Source of the DNA: Massalongia carnosa
Taxonomy: Eukaryota
Direction: 5' to 3'
NCBI GenBank assembly: GCA_965645245.1
Contig: OZ287082.1
Span: 496,001-560,000 of the forward strand
DNA: 64,000 nt
In this document: positions 45,714-59,915 of the stretch, one piece after another
Position numbering within the stretch: position 1 is the stretch's first letter
Layout: every line of letters begins with the position of its first letter
Position numbers and translations under genes: made by a program
The notes under the pieces: generated by a model
What the model saw: the letters and a program-made list of their open reading frames with translations, nothing else
Told to the model about the DNA's origin: nothing
Database searches by the model: none

Positions 45714-46329
45714 GAGGTTAAGAAGTTCAATCACGGTTGAATCTACGATGGAAACAAGTACTGGTAGGACTTGAGGGGGGGTGTTGAATATCCAATTCCT
45801 ACCAGCACAATGAACACCTATCAGTTCAATGAACATAGCACCTACGGCTGCCCTAGATTGATAGATCATCTACGGAAACCGTAGATGCCGCATTAGGCTT
45901 AGTCCCAAGATAAGATAAGATCACCTCGCTTAGAAGGGTGACCAGTAATAGGAAAAGATTGCTGCATAGCAACTCTTCATCCTTAACATCACGGTCATAC
46001 ATACCTTTATTATTACATAGCCATATAGCCATAGTCATATACCTATTTCAACACAACGTGTCTAGTCGGGCCGGAATAACCCTTCGGATATATCATCCTG
46101 AGTTACCACTGATATTTAGGATTAGTTATCCTATAATTTGACAATATTCCAAATACGAAATCACTGCATTCGTTGACTTTGCACAATTATGTTGAATAAA
46201 TTTAACATTTTGTGTATTTTCGATTTTTGTCAACGAATGTTGTCCTGCCATTACAAAGCGGCTAGTTCGTCAGTCGATTTTCGAAAATTTAACGATATAA
46301 CCGTCCTCAGCGATCACATTCAACTATTT

Positions 46330-46619
46330 GAAAAGTCAAATTCATCAAAATACGCTAAACACACGGACAAATCAATGGCAACGATGCAGGTCAAAAAGCA
46401 AATATTACTAGAAATTCGAAATGCAACCTTGCAAATCGAGCATTTATCGTTTGTCAAACAATTGTTCGAAATTGATCTTTACTACTATTATGCAGCTGAA
46501 GTTCGGACACGGTTATTTCCGATCAGATCTAAATCGATTGAATGATTATAATTCGTCGAAATGCAAAAATCGATGCATCGAACGTCAAATACCAGAACAT
46601 CTATTGCTGAACTGCATTC
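46330..46619 (+). pseudogene. Plus-strand LINE ORF2 C-terminal (CCHC) fragment
   Basis: MQLKFGHGYFRSDL...CKNRC...PEHLLLNC. Confidence 0.7.
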
Positions 46620-46995
46620 TATCAAAAGCACATAGGTGAACGAAGCATAGGTAGTAGATTGCTTGATTCTCTAGCTAGGTGGGCCAAGCCTTCTATATAC
46701 AGTTAAGGTGCCCTAATCTTCTAAGCTAGTGATTTAGCTCCCGCAGCTTACTCGGAGCTAGCCTATTAGGCTCCTTCACTAGCCCTGCATTTACATAGGG
46801 TCACGTGATCGAGTGCAGGTAGTGCTACAAGCCAACTGACTAATCGGCTTTCGACACTCCCACTCAGGTGCTGGTTAAGCACTCCCACATCAACTGTAGG
46901 TGAGACTACTATGAGCTGAGTACTCCGCAGGCTGTGCTGCAGGCGAGTTGCACCCCCGTCGGCGAGGCTGCGGGTGATGTGAACCTGGAGGTTGA

Positions 46996-49900
46996 TCACT
47001 CCAGGCCCAATGCATTCCTAAATGCAATGAACTTGTCCTTGGATAAGGCCTTGGTAAGACCATCTGCTACTTGATCCTCAGTGGGGACGTAGCGAAATTC
47101 CACCGTTTTGTCCTCTATTTTCTCCCGTTGGTAATGCCATTGAATGTCGATATGCTTACTCCGTGCATGGGCCTGGGGATTCTTGGCCAAAGCAACTGCT
47201 CCTTGATTGTCGCAGTGAATGATGACGGCTCCAAAAGAAAACGAGGTGGGGAGACAAGCTAGGGCGATGTTGGCACTATGAGTCATTTGCTGCATGGAGT
47301 GGGTACCTGGGGCCTCTGGAGGGTTGATTTGGTCCAGAAGGCTAGATAGCCACACAGCTTCCTTGGTGGCTTGTGTCTGGCTCATGTACTCAGCCTCACA
47401 GGAGGACAGTGCTACCGTTGGTTGACGTTTTGAAGACCAACTAATTGCATTACTGCCGACGTTGAAGACATATCCAGAAGTGGATCTCCGGGTGTCGTGA
47501 TCTCCGGCCTAGTCTGCATCCGTGTACCCGTTTAAAGGCATCAAGGGACCTTTAAATGTTAGCTGTAAGGTCAGCGTACCTTTGATGTACCTAAAAATGC
47601 GCTTAACGGCCTTCCAGTGCGTCTCAGTGGGATTTGAGGAATAACGGCTGACCACCGAGACAGCGTAGGCAAGGTCTGGCCTAGTCCCAAGCATAGCGTA
47701 CATTAGGGATCCCACTGCGGACTGATACCGCAGGCGTGAGTCCTCTGTAGCTTGGTAGCCTTCTGGTGCTGCCTCAAGGCGTCCTTCCACGGGGGTGGCC
47801 ACTGGATTCGTCTCCCACATACCGTGGTCACGGAGCACCTTCTCCAGGTATGCTTGTTGGCTCAAGCGCAGGATTCGGTTGGGGCGGTCCCGAGTGATGG
47901 AGATTCCCAGATAATAGCTGATGGGTCCAAGGTCGACCATTTGAAAACGTTCGCTGAGGGCCTGTTTGATGCATCGGATTTCTGACGGGGAGGAGCCAGT
48001 GATCTTTAGACCGTCCACGTAAATAGAGACGATGACCCTTTCCTTTGCAAATATGCTGAAGTCGGCGTTGATCATGTGAAAGCCTAAGGACTTCAGGAAG
48101 ATAGTCAAAGTCTCGTACCAAATTCGTGGGGACTGCTTGAGGCCGTAGAGTGCTTTGTTTAGCTTGCACACTCGTTTGGTTCCGTTCTCGAAGCCTTCTG
48201 GCTGCTCCACGTAGATGTCTTCTTCAACGCAGTCATAGAGGAAAGCCGTTTTGACGTCCATGGCGTGAATCTCCCAGTCGTTGGCGGCGGCGATTGCGAA
48301 CAGGGCCCTATAGCTCATTGGCTTAACCACGGAGGCGAACGTTTCGTTGAAGTCGATGCCCTCTCGTTGCTCCAAGCCTCTGACCACCCATCGTGCCTTG
48401 TGCCGGAGAACCTCACCCATGGCTCCACGTTTCAGGCGGTAGACCCATTTGGCACGGAGCGCTCGTCGGTTTGGAGGGATAAACACCAGCTTGTAGGTAT
48501 TATTGGCGTTAACTGAGTCGATCTCGTCCTGCATGCCCTTTCTCCATTCCCGGTGATCTCGGCACCGTACGGCCTGCTTGTAGGTTTTCGGCTCGTAGGG
48601 CTCTATGCTTGCAGCGTGGGCGAGGAGAGCGAGCATGGCCAGGGGGTCGGGGGAGCATTCTCGTAGCTCTGGATGCCTAGCAAGCACCTCCGATTGGACT
48701 TTTTGCCGGATAGGCTTTGGAGGAGGAGGAGGTGGTGTAGGCATGGGTGATGGGACTTCGTCGGTCGGTACTTCAATAGTGTCTAGGAATTCGAGAGCGG
48801 CGGCCTCATCAGATGGGGAGGTCTTAAGCCTTTTTGTAGGGGGAGCGGCGTCTTCAATTTCGATGATTTGAGGCGGCGGGGGCGGGGCGGGGGCAGGGGG
48901 ATCTGAAGGGGCCTGAGACAGCGACGCGGGAAGGTTGTCTATCCATTTAACGTTGGAGAACCGCATCACTACTCCCTTGGGCGTGATCATTCGATAAATA
49001 TGATCGCCTTCGTAGCCAACTAATCTGCACTTGATGGCGCGATCCTGGAATTTCTTCCAACCGGTATTAGGCTTTCTCACTTGTGCGTAGCCGGTTTGCC
49101 CTACAATGCGTAAATGTCCTAGCTTGGGGGAACTGCCTTTGTGAGATCCGTAAGGGGTGATGTTTCTTCCTGCCGTGGGTTGTCGATTTCGCAGGTAATT
49201 GGCTGTTAGTACCAATTAGGCCCACCACTTTTCATCTAGCCCCGCGTCCACTCGCATTGTGCTAGCCATCTTGTGCAACATTTTACCCAGGCGCTCTGCT
49301 TTGCCGTTTTGCTCCGGGATTCCTGGCACAGTCGGCTCCCACCCGATGCCGTTTTCGAGTCGGAACTTGTCAAATTCAACGGAGTTGTACTCACCCCCGT
49401 TGTCCGATCTCAAACGTTTGATGCATTTGTCTCCGTACTCATTTTGTTTTTTGTAGTTGAGGAAAGCTTGAAACACCCCGTCCTTGGAGCGGAGCAGAGA
49501 CACGTGAGACCGTCTGTCGAAGTCACATTGAAAGGTGACCAAGTATTTGGCGCCGTTGGCTGCTTCTTTGAAGTGGCCCTGAACGTCGCTGTGGATGAGA
49601 TCCAGTGGGTGCTTACCTGGCTCCATGGGGGCCTTATGAGGTTCCGCTGTGATTTGGGCAACGGCGCAGGGGCCGCAGGAGTCTTCGGGAGGCGGCTTGC
49701 TGAGGTCCATGCCTTGCGACATGCTGGCGAGCTTGACCACGTTTTGCTCTCCTAAGTGGCCGAGACGGGCATGCCACATCTTCAATGCCTCACTGTTGAC
49801 AGCAGCCAGGGCGAGGGAGGATTGGGGAACGTTGAACAAATCTAAAATGTACAGGTTATTTGCTTGACGACGTGCCATGATGCCGTAGCTGCCGATCTCG

Positions 49901-51282
49901 ATTCCCTGAGGCACAATTTGCATGGGGCAGCCTTCTCGTTGCAGCTGACCTTGGGAGATGAGGTTGAGGCCTCCTTCGGGGACATACAGGACGTTGTAAA
50001 GGGGGAAGGTGCGGCATTTTCCTTGACCGTCCACACAGGAGAGGGAGACTGTACCGGTGCCTCGAGGGGTTAATGCACCCCCGATCCCCTGTATTGGCGC
50101 GAGGCTCCCTTCTTTTAGCTGGGTGAAGGCGGATAGGTCGTGGCAGATGTGTTGACTGTTGCCACAGTCCCATATCCAGAGCTTGGCCATTTCTTTGATT
50201 TGGGAGTCGTCAGGAGAGGGAGCCATGGCCATGAACGCGACATAGGCTGACTTGGCGGTGTCGTTGTCGCCGCTGGGCTTGGCCATGGAATTGTCACCGT
50301 CTTCGTTTTTGGTGCGCTTCCAGGTCTTGGACCGTTGACTGTCTTGCGTTGCCAAGTGCGGATGCTTGATTCGACACTCCTTCTCGGTGTGATACGGCCT
50401 TTTGCAGTGATTGCAGTACTTGACCGATTTGGTGATCACAGCCGTCTCATTGGCGGTCGGCTGCACCGATTCCTGATTTTGTTTTTCGTTTCCAGTTCTG
50501 TTTTCGCCGCCGCTACCATTTCCACGTCCACGGGCAGGGCGAAGTGCGGCCATGGAGACCACCGCACCCCCGGCAGCGGTCTTTGGGTTGGTGACCGTGT
50601 TTTGGAAGTGCTGCATTGCTTGACTGAGGGTATGCTTGGCGGTTCCATCCTCAGCAAACGGGTCGTGGTCTTGGGCATAGCGTTCGAAATAGCTGCTGTG
50701 ATCAGGGCCCAGATTGGTGTGAAAACGGTAGATCAGGTAGCTCTCGTCCAAAGCCAGCTTGGTGGAGAATGATTTGAGCTTGTTGACGATGCCTCGAAAC
50801 TGAATGACGTAGTCCGCCGAGCCGCTACAGTTGGCCAGGGCAAGATTGTCCAGCTGGCGAAAAGTGTCGTTGAGAAAACCTGCCCCTTTTGGTTTGTAGA
50901 TTTTTTCGAGGTGGCTCCAGGCTTCTGCGGCGTTTTCCATGTCCTCAATTTCCGCGTAGGCATTACCCTCGCATGCGATTCTCAACGCTGTGCAGGCTTT
51001 GTCGTGCCCGTCGGTGTACTGCTCTAAGGCTCTGGCTTGCGCCTTTGTTAGGGCAGCGTATGCACCGTCGGTAGAGACATCGTCCGTAGCTGCTTCAGTG
51101 GCAGTTGCAGAGGCATCTATCGCGGGCGCGGTTGTTTTGACTGCTATCCACGTCCACAGGTTGATCATCTTCAAACTGTCCCGCATTGACCTTTTCCATG
51201 CCGGGTACCCTTCATGATCCGAGAGCTTGGGGATCTTCTCGAGGATGGATAGGGAAGTGGAGCCGGAGACTTTGTCAATCAT
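46996..51282 (-). pseudogene. Copia C single-ORF gag-pol with two premature stops
   Basis: CNHCKRPYHTEKEC, WIWDCG, WHARLGH, RSDNGGEY, YGLKQSPR, RT YVDD mutated to YVDG; stops at 49216 and 47509 in one frame. Confidence 0.92.
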
Positions 51283-51417
51283 CACGGGCAGCGAGATGAT
51301 GCTTACTTTGCTTTGGGGGTACTTCTCTTGGGCGATCTAACTGTCAGGCCAAAAAGGTCACAGTCGCTTGGGGCTTCTAGGTCCGATTCAGATTCAGAAT
51401 GGCCTGGGGTGACTGGA

Positions 51418-54400
51418 TGTCGGACTAACGGCAGAGATTATTTAACAAGCGAGACAAGCTTATACAAAATTCTCTTCTTGTAAATTTAGGCTTAGAGGAT
51501 TGATCATAAATCCATCAATAAATCAATCATCGATTTCACTATCAAGAGATATTCTTCTGACGTAAATATAAATTCATCATAGAGCTCATTGTTATCATAC
51601 ATTCAGCTCAACAGTTATGAGCCCGGAAGCAATTCCATCGTCATATGAATAAGAATTTTCTCCTACAAAGGTAAACCGAGGAAATTTTGCTAATCGCATA
51701 TTCAATTTGCATTAGACTTCTTAAGCTCGCAAGCCAATCAAATTCACTTCAATTGAATCAACAAATCAAGCCGTCAAGATGAACCCTACTACCACAAGAA
51801 AGATTATCCTAGCCAAACCAGCGGATTGGGATACCTGGTACTCTTTCGTGCGGAATCGGGCCATCACCAATGGAATATGGGAGTTAGTCAACCCAGAAAA
51901 GCCTATCAAGCCAATTCACATTCTAAAACCAGTTGAACCCACATATACTCTCCCAACAGAGACCGCACACTTTGACAAGGCGGGGTATGAGCTACATAGG
52001 GCTCATGTTCAGGAATACAAAGGACTATTGGTCAATTATGAACGGCAACAAAAGGCCTTCATCGACTTGTTAACCTATATTCAAGAAACTCTCTCGATAG
52101 CGAATGCCACCTACATTCAAAAAGTGGAATCGCATCCATGGGACCATCTCATAGCACTAAAACGAAGACTTGCACCCAGCGATTCGGCTCGTGCGCTAGA
52201 TATTGAAACAAAGTATCATAAGCTATGCAAGGGGCCTGGAAAGCAGGACATTGAAGCATGGTTGGAAGAATGGCAATTGGTCTGTAGCGAGGCTATATCA
52301 TATGAAATCGGTGAAGCAATCGGGAATCGGCCGCTCAGAGATTTTCTTATGGCGATTCATTCAAAAGAACCAATATTTGCTGACAGTTATCTCATGGATT
52401 TGGAGGATGATAAGCCTCAGGACCTTGATCTGTTGATCGAAAAATTTCGCCGTCTTATCCGCCTGCATCAGTCACAAAAAGCAAAGGACAACAACACCCA
52501 TTCTGCATTTGCGGCTGAGAAAAAGGGGAAGGAAGGACAATCTGATGCATCTGGCGCAACATTTAATGGGCAGAAATCACCCAATAAGTGTCTATGTGGT
52601 TCTGTACATTGGTATAGCGACTGCTACTATCTGGTGCCAGAGAAAAGACCTGTCAATTGGACCCCAAAGGCTCAAACAGAGGCTATCGTGGAAGAGGCAA
52701 TGAAAAACCAACAAGTGAAAGCAAGGGTAGAAAAATCCCTTCAACGATCAAAATCATATTCAATAAAGAGTAAGACCACCACCAACGCTAATCAGGAAAA
52801 GGAGATAGGAGCGTTTACATCAATAAAAACCTCCTCATCATTCTCAGCAGATAGCTACACTATCAGAGATTCATGGATATTGGATAACGGATCAAATAGC
52901 CACGTTTGCAATAGCACCATGAAATCCAGATACACACTCCAAAAGAAAGCAGTAGGGGAATATCTTATTGCGGGCACCCAACGCCTCGCAATAGAGAGCT
53001 ATGGCACAATAAAAATCACTGTACCAACCCCTACCGGACCGCAAAGCATGACACTACTTAATGTAGCATATGTGTCCAACTTCATGACCAATCTAGTCTC
53101 TCAGGACTTGCTCTATGTTAAAGGGCTTTACTTTGATAACTGGAAACTTCACCTGCATAGGGAAGGAATGACAGTGGCAAATGTAAAGCGATATAACGGG
53201 CACTACCTGCTAGAAGACAACACCTCAGACAATCAAGTATACGCTTTTCCAGCTCAAAAGACTGAAGTAGCTAACAATAAAGTTGCAACAGCTTTCAAAG
53301 CAACAGCTTCCAAAGTTGCAACGGCCTACGAATGGCATCAAATGCTAGCACACGCATCGATTGAAGTCATTCAACATCTTGAATCATCAACTAGGGGAGT
53401 AAAAATATCCAATCAAGATAATGAAGGTAAGGTGCCCAAAACCAACGAGTGTGAGCCATGCGCGCTGTCAAAAGCCCATCGCCTAGTCTCTAGATCCTCA
53501 GACAATGCGGAGTCATCTAATGCACCATTTTATCGCATCACATATGATCTCATGCAGCTAAACCCAGCGATGAATAAAGATGAATGGATATCGCACTTCG
53601 CATGCCATGCAACAGATTTTAATATGGTATTTACCCACGGTCACAAAGGTGAGGCATCACGGATAGTGCGCGAAGCAATCAATCTTATTGAGACCCGCTT
53701 CAATGCTAAAGTAGTGTTTTTCCGATCGGATGGAGAAAGATCATTGGGAGATGATTTCAATGATCTACTGATTGATAAAGGCATAACGTACGAATCGTCC
53801 ACTCCTGATACGCCAGAGCAAAATGGCCATTCGGAAAGAAAAGGTGGAATTCTAGCAATGAAAGCAAGGACCATGAGAATCGACGCCGGCCTACCTATCT
53901 ATTTATGGCCGGAAATCGTACGCACTGCAGGCTATATCGCTAATCGCACCCCGATGAAGAAGCATCAATGGAAAACTCCATATGAGTTAGTCATCGGAAA
54001 TGCACCCGATCTAAGCCATCTTCATCAGTACGGGTGCAAGGCCTACACCTTGAACAAAAATCTACCGCGCAAAGAAAAGATGCAGGAGCGAGCCCACATA
54101 GGCCATTTGATTGGCTACGAAGCAAGAAACATCTTTCGCATATGGATTCCTAGCCAGCGCAAGGTGATTCGTACCAGAGATGTAATGTTTGATGATAGCA
54201 CCGGCTATGATGCTCGCGATATCGATTTATTGCAGGCAATCAAAGAGCCAATGCTTGAAATGACTTACGAGGCAAATAGCTTGGATCCTGTAACACTAAT
54301 CACTGAGATAGAATCGGATGAAGAGGAAGGAATAAAAGGGGGAAGTACTGACAAAATTTCCTCTTCACCAAAGGAGAAAGAGAGATCTTACTTACCAACA

Positions 54401-56399
54401 CCAGCCCCATCTGATTCTGATTCTATTTCCACCACCACAAGCAGTAGTACTATCACTAACAAAGCTCCTAAAGAAGTCAACTCCAACTTCGATATTCAAA
54501 ATATCTTACCTGAGGGGGTGGGAAGACGACGAACCCGAAATCAGCGCAAAGAAGCGTACTCAACAGCACTAACACAGGCATCTAATGGAGAATTGGACTC
54601 ATATCATGCCGCTTTCTCAGCACATATCAAGGCAAGTTCATATGCTTCTAATCATCAAGAGCTTAAAGGCGATCAACATCATCCCAAAATCAATCACTTT
54701 CATAGAGATAGCTTACCCAACGAGCCAGAACACTATCGCCAGATGCTGAAGCACCCGCATGCAGAGGGTTTCAAGCTAGCTATGGAGATAGAAATCAAGG
54801 CGCTAATTTCCAAGAAGACTTGGACAGAGGTGAGTTACGAATCAGCAGTCATAGCCGGAAAAATTCCCATACCAACTATGTGGGTATTCAAATACAAATT
54901 CGATGAAAAGGGCTATCTAGCCAAATACAAATCAAGGCTATGCGCTAGAGGTGATCTACAACGCACCGAGCAAGATACATTTGCGGCTACACTTGCAGCA
55001 AGAATCTTTAGGGCGCTGATGGCAATACTAGCCGCATTTGACCTTGAAACCCGTCAGTATGATGCAGTAAACGCCTTCGCAAATAGCCCCATAGATGAGC
55101 CAACCTATTGCAAATTACCTGATGGGTGGCCAGGTTCAAATTCGGAAAAAGGCAAATTTCTATTGCTTCTACTGCGCGCATTGTACGGCCTAAAGCAGGC
55201 ACCGGCCCTATGGTTTCGGAACTTATCAAAAGCACTAATTGGTATGGGTTTTGAACCAATCTCGGGGGTGGACTGTCTTTTTATCAGCCAAGATACCCAC
55301 ATCTTGCTGTTCTTTTTCGTTGATGATATTGTGATCCTATATGATCATAAATATACCAGGCAAGTGGATAAATTCCAAACTCTACTATTTCAAAGGTATG
55401 AGATGCGATATTTGGGTCCACTTGAATGGTTTTTAGAAATACATATCACCCGGGACAGAGCAAATAGGAAATTATGGCTATGCCAAAGCTCCTATATTGA
55501 AAAGCTAATTGCCAAATTCAACATTGGCATCAACACTGACTTCACCAAAAGAGCTATAAGTGCACCACTGCCCCAAGAAGAGCTTACTAAAAACCTTTCC
55601 ATAGCTACGCCCCAAGAAATCCATTCATACCAACAGCGAGTGGGGTCTTTGAATTTCGCCGCAGGTATTCAGCTCGCTAGTCAACTCACACACCATCTTC
55701 CTGGCCAGCAGCGATGCTTCATTCGCTGACGATACGAGCACTCGATATAGCTCTCAAGGCTATGCTTTCAAATTGTACAATGGTATGATAGACTGGAAAG
55801 CATCAAAGCAACGCACTGTGACCACTAGCTCAACTGAGGCTGAGCTGCAGGGAAAGAGTTGATATGGTGGACTCGATTTTTTCAATCCATTAACTTTCAT
55901 CTAACCCAAATAGCTAGCATTCAATGCGATAATATGCAGACCATTCGAGCGCTCACCACCAATAGACTTATTACCAAATTAAGGCACGTCGATATCCACA
56001 AACATTGGCTACGTCAAGAGATAGCTATTGGGAAAATCAAAAAGAATGGGTCTCTACTACTAATATTCTAGCTGATGGATTAACCAAGGCCCTTCCGCCC
56101 CAGCGTCACAAAGACTTCTTACGACTACTAGGCCTAGAAATGGAAAAAGTTGATGAAGATTCTATTCTCATTCAAGTGAAAGAAGACCTTCATCAAGGGG
56201 GTGTGTCGGACTAACGGCAGAGATTATATAACAAGCGAGACAAGCTTATACAAAATTCTCTTCTTGTAAATTTAGGCTTATAGGATTGATCATAAATCCA
56301 TCAATAAATCATTCATCGATTTCACTATCAAGAGATAATCTTCTGACGTAAATATAAACTCATCATAGAGCTCATTGTTATCATACATTCAGCTCAACA
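51418..56399 (+). mobile_element. Ty1/Copia element D nested in Copia C 5' UTR
   Basis: 196-bp LTRs 51418-51613 and 56204-56399 (~5 differences); TSD ctgga/ctaga; PBS gttatgagccc. Confidence 0.95.
51779..56200 (+). pseudogene. Copia D gag-pol, open for 1316 codons, RT-RH junction deleted/frameshifted
   Basis: WILDNGSNSH, WHQMLAH, QNGHSER, YGLKQAP, FVDD; RH motifs ([20 protein letters not shown]) in shifting frames. Confidence 0.9.
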
Positions 56400-56529
56400 C
56401 TAGAGGAGTTCGATATTTAGGAATCTTGGGTTACGAAATCCTTGTCTTGATCTGAGTCCTCTAACAGTTACGCTATGATAGCAGCCTCTATCGATTGGGT
56501 TGTTCGGGGGAAGTACCGCTCGAGCTTGA

Positions 56530-56850
56530 TGAGCTTTGGCCTTGATTATTCCTTGAATAACTTTGGCTTTGATTGTGCCTTGAATAGCTTTGGCTTTGGT
56601 TGTGCCTTGAATAACTTTGGCTTTGGTTGATCCTTGAATAGATTTGGCTTTGGTTATGTCTTGAATAGCTTTGGCTTTGGTTGTGCCTTGAATAACTTTG
56701 GCTTTGGTTGTGCCTTGAATAGATTTGGCTTTGGTTATGTCTTGAATAGCTTTGGCTTTGGTTGTGCCTTGAATAGCTTTGGCTTTAGTTGTGCCTTGAA
56801 TAGATTTGGCTTTGGTTATGCCTTGAATAATTTTGGCTTTGGTAGTGCCT
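56530..56850 (-). repeat. 27-bp tandem array (~11 units) in Copia C 5' UTR
   Basis: ttggctttggttgtgccttgaatagct units, reading TKAKAIQGT on the minus strand. Confidence 0.92.
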
Positions 56851-57548
56851 TTTTCGAGGCCATATTCGGCAGTCTTATGTCTGCCTTGCGCAGCAGCAGC
56901 TCGAATAGGGGGCCAATCAAAATTTGGTGGCTGGGAGATTGATCTCGCGGCCCGCGCAAACAAAATTAAAGCGGTGGCCAGGAGATTGAATTTCTCAACT
57001 GAACCACGCTTACTTCGTGTCTTTTTGGTGTTGCGTACGTAGTTAACACGTAGTTGGCATATGTGTTTCGTGTTCAACTCGTGAAATTCGGTGGCAGGGA
57101 GATTGAAAATATGTAATTAGCCTAAAGCAAAACGAAAAAAGTAAGGGATTGCCCACGGTTTAGCTCGACTTAGGGCTTCGCTTGCAGGAAAATGCCACAT
57201 GTGACACCCATGTAGTGGCAATTTGACCACCAAGGTTTGAGATCAATCTCCGACGTCCGAAGGCATGACTGAGAGAATTCCATTTGTATATACTACAGTA
57301 TAAAAAGGGGAAGCTGGACAGTCGATGGGTTTGCTTAGCCATTTGAAGGTCAACTTGATTCCTTAGAGATGTCTCGGGTAAGGGTAGAGATGAAAGTTGA
57401 CAGGTATGAATTGGATTTTCAAAAGTAATAAGCAAACACGTCGAAGATGCCCTGCAACCCGGGCTCATAACCTATCAAAAGCACATAGGTGAACGAAGCA
57501 TAGGTAGTAGATTGCTTGATTCTCTAGCTAGGTGGGCGAAGCCTTCTA

Positions 57549-59915
57549 CCGTATTATCTGGCAAATAAGACTCTAGTCTTATAGGGGGGTGGTCAACCCG
57601 AGGGTCATTTGGAACGGGGTCTTATAAGCAGGGGGGTCTTATAAACAGGTATGATCTTATGAGGGAGTAGATCTTAGTAAGCAGGGGAAAAACACGAAGA
57701 CGCGCATTAAGTTTGGCCCGCGTTGGAGGTATCCCAGTTACGTATCACTTCATCATTTTATCCACCTTTATCATCTTTTCATTGCTTTATTTCATGGCTC
57801 CCTCGCACGTCCAGAGTCCTATGCAGGCTCAAAACCAGCCTCGTCCTGGGCCTAATTCAAAGTCCACCAGTCTTCGCAGCTTGCATTCAGCCCGACTTCC
57901 CAAGAAAGCGTTTATGCAGCCTTCAATTCCTAGCATGCCCGGTTGTTCCAATGATAATGCTTCTATCATTAAACAATTTCGTCTGCATCGAGAGGTGGCC
58001 GATCATCCTACACATCGCGATATTTCTGACGACGAATATGATGCTCCTCGACATCGAGTATCCTACACCAGAGAGCAGAAACTAGCTGCTATTAGCTATG
58101 CTCATACTACCTGGAAGTCTCAGAAGGATGGAAGTATGAAGCTTATCAGTAAATATGCTGCAGCCAACAATCTTGGAATTACTACCACGATGCTTAGAAA
58201 GTAGATTGAAAGTAGTTCGAGTATCGCCGCTCAAACTAAAGGTAAACGAAAAGACAGCAAAGCTATTGGTGTATGTAAAGAGCCTGAGCTTTAAAGGCGA
58301 CTTTTTGAGTTATTCATGGAAGCCCGTAACTCTGGACGTAAAATCAAAAAACGTTGGTTTGTTCGTCAGGGTCGTCAGGTGTATGGTCAATTATATCCTC
58401 ATCGAGTGACTAAGGCATCCGGAAGAATGACTGAGTATGCCGAGTTCAAATTCTCTAATGGTTGGTTTCGTGGATTCAGACGAAGGTGTGGTATAGCTGT
58501 CAGAAATCCTACCAAAAAAGCTCAGCAGGTGAATAATCAAATGTTAATTTTTTTGATGATATTGAACTAACGGCATTCGGTTCATATCAGATTCCCGAGA
58601 ACTTTCGCGATATTATCCAGTTGTGGTTACAATTTAATCGTCGCAATTCTCAACCGCTTTTGGGTCAAATTCTATTGCATAGAGGAGGAAGATTTCGTCT
58701 TTGCGATATCGGCAATATGGATCAGACTCCTATTACTTACGAGTTCCTGCAAGGTCAATGCTACGATTTTAAAGGTGCCAAAACTGTATGGATTAAAACC
58801 CATCGGTCTGGATAAGACAAAAGACAAGCCACTTTGATGATTTATGTTTCTGCTGACGGCATTAATCGATGCAAACCTCTTCTCATATTTAAAGGCCAAG
58901 ATAGCACAAAATGCAGTCGAATCAAGAAGGAGATGACGCAGTACGACTCGGGAGTAGTAGTTCAATGGGATCTAAAGGCCTACTGCAATAGAAAAGTCAT
59001 GTGTCGATGGCTAAAACAGCAGTATAAATACGCTACTCTAGGACTTCATAACGCTAATACACGGCGTTTTCTATCATTAGATGTGTTTGCGGGACAAAAA
59101 ACCGAAGAGGTAAATAACTGAGCATTTTGTTTTCAAGCTGCTCATGTTTGCTAACAGATTTTAGGTTACACAAGCCTTTAAAGATTTAAACGTCACAGCA
59201 TCAATTATTCCTTCCGGCTGCACCGGGTTTATTCAAGTTCTAGACGTCGCCATTAATAAACCTTTGAAGAATCGAATATCGGAGCTAGCCGACATTTATT
59301 ACGATGAGCACTTCGAGAAATGGAATAAAGGCTCATACACGGTGGGTGATCGACGAATTATGCTAACAAAATGGGTGGGACAAGCTTGGAGGGAAATGCA
59401 CATGGAGCATTCTTCTTTGATTTGTCAAATCTTTCGAAAGTTAGGATTGTTTCTTGCTGTAGACGGGTCGGAGGATGATGAGTTGTCAGTTAAAGACATA
59501 CCAGGCATAACGGTAGGCGATTGGAAGCTTTCTACCGGTCAGGAGGATATACAAGAGGTAGAAGAGCCTGATACAACCGATAATAGCGAGGAGGTACAGA
59601 AGGATGACGAAACTGAAGGCGTCATTGAGGTTAGGGAGTATTTTTTGAGTGATGAATCTGGGGCCGTTTTGAATAGCGATACTGAGATGGATTTTGATGA
59701 CGATTGATTTGCAGGGGATTTTTACTGATGCTTAGAGAATTTTTACTAATGTTTTGCACAAAATTACCCTGTTGATGATTTGTCATCCCAAATCTCGAAA
59801 TTATGGTCTTATAGTGCAGGACCCCCCCTATGTTCGGAAAAAAGCAATTTGAACGGGGTCTTATATCCGAGAGGGTCTTACCCAAAAGCAGGGTCTTATT
59901 TGCCAGATAATACGG
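57549..59915 (+). mobile_element. pogo/Tigger-like DNA transposon inserted in Copia C 5' LTR
   Basis: 23-bp perfect TIR ccgtattatctggcaaataagac; TA TSD confirmed by the empty site in the other LTR (ttctatatacag). Confidence 0.95.
57794..59707 (+). pseudogene. pogo-family transposase (CENP-B HTH + DDE_1), two introns, premature stops
   Basis: FKFSNGWFRGF, GNMDQTP, KPLLIFKG, LSLDVF, IQVLDVAINKP; introns 58529-58590 and 59110-59164; stops at 58202, ~58292, 58813. Confidence 0.88.

Larger units (their letters stand above)
40139..46053 (+). mobile_element. Ty1/Copia element B2, full length with open ORFs
   Basis: LTRs 40139-40412 and 45782-46053, CAACG TSD, PBS ggttatgagccc, PPT gaggggggg. Confidence 0.97.
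40031..46143. mobile_element. Short solo LTR (~193 bp) split by Copia B2, ATATT TSD
   Basis: tgtcaaat...atttgaca; atatt at 40026-40030 and 46144-46148; removal restores LINE ISYLEYALSNQ. Confidence 0.85.
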
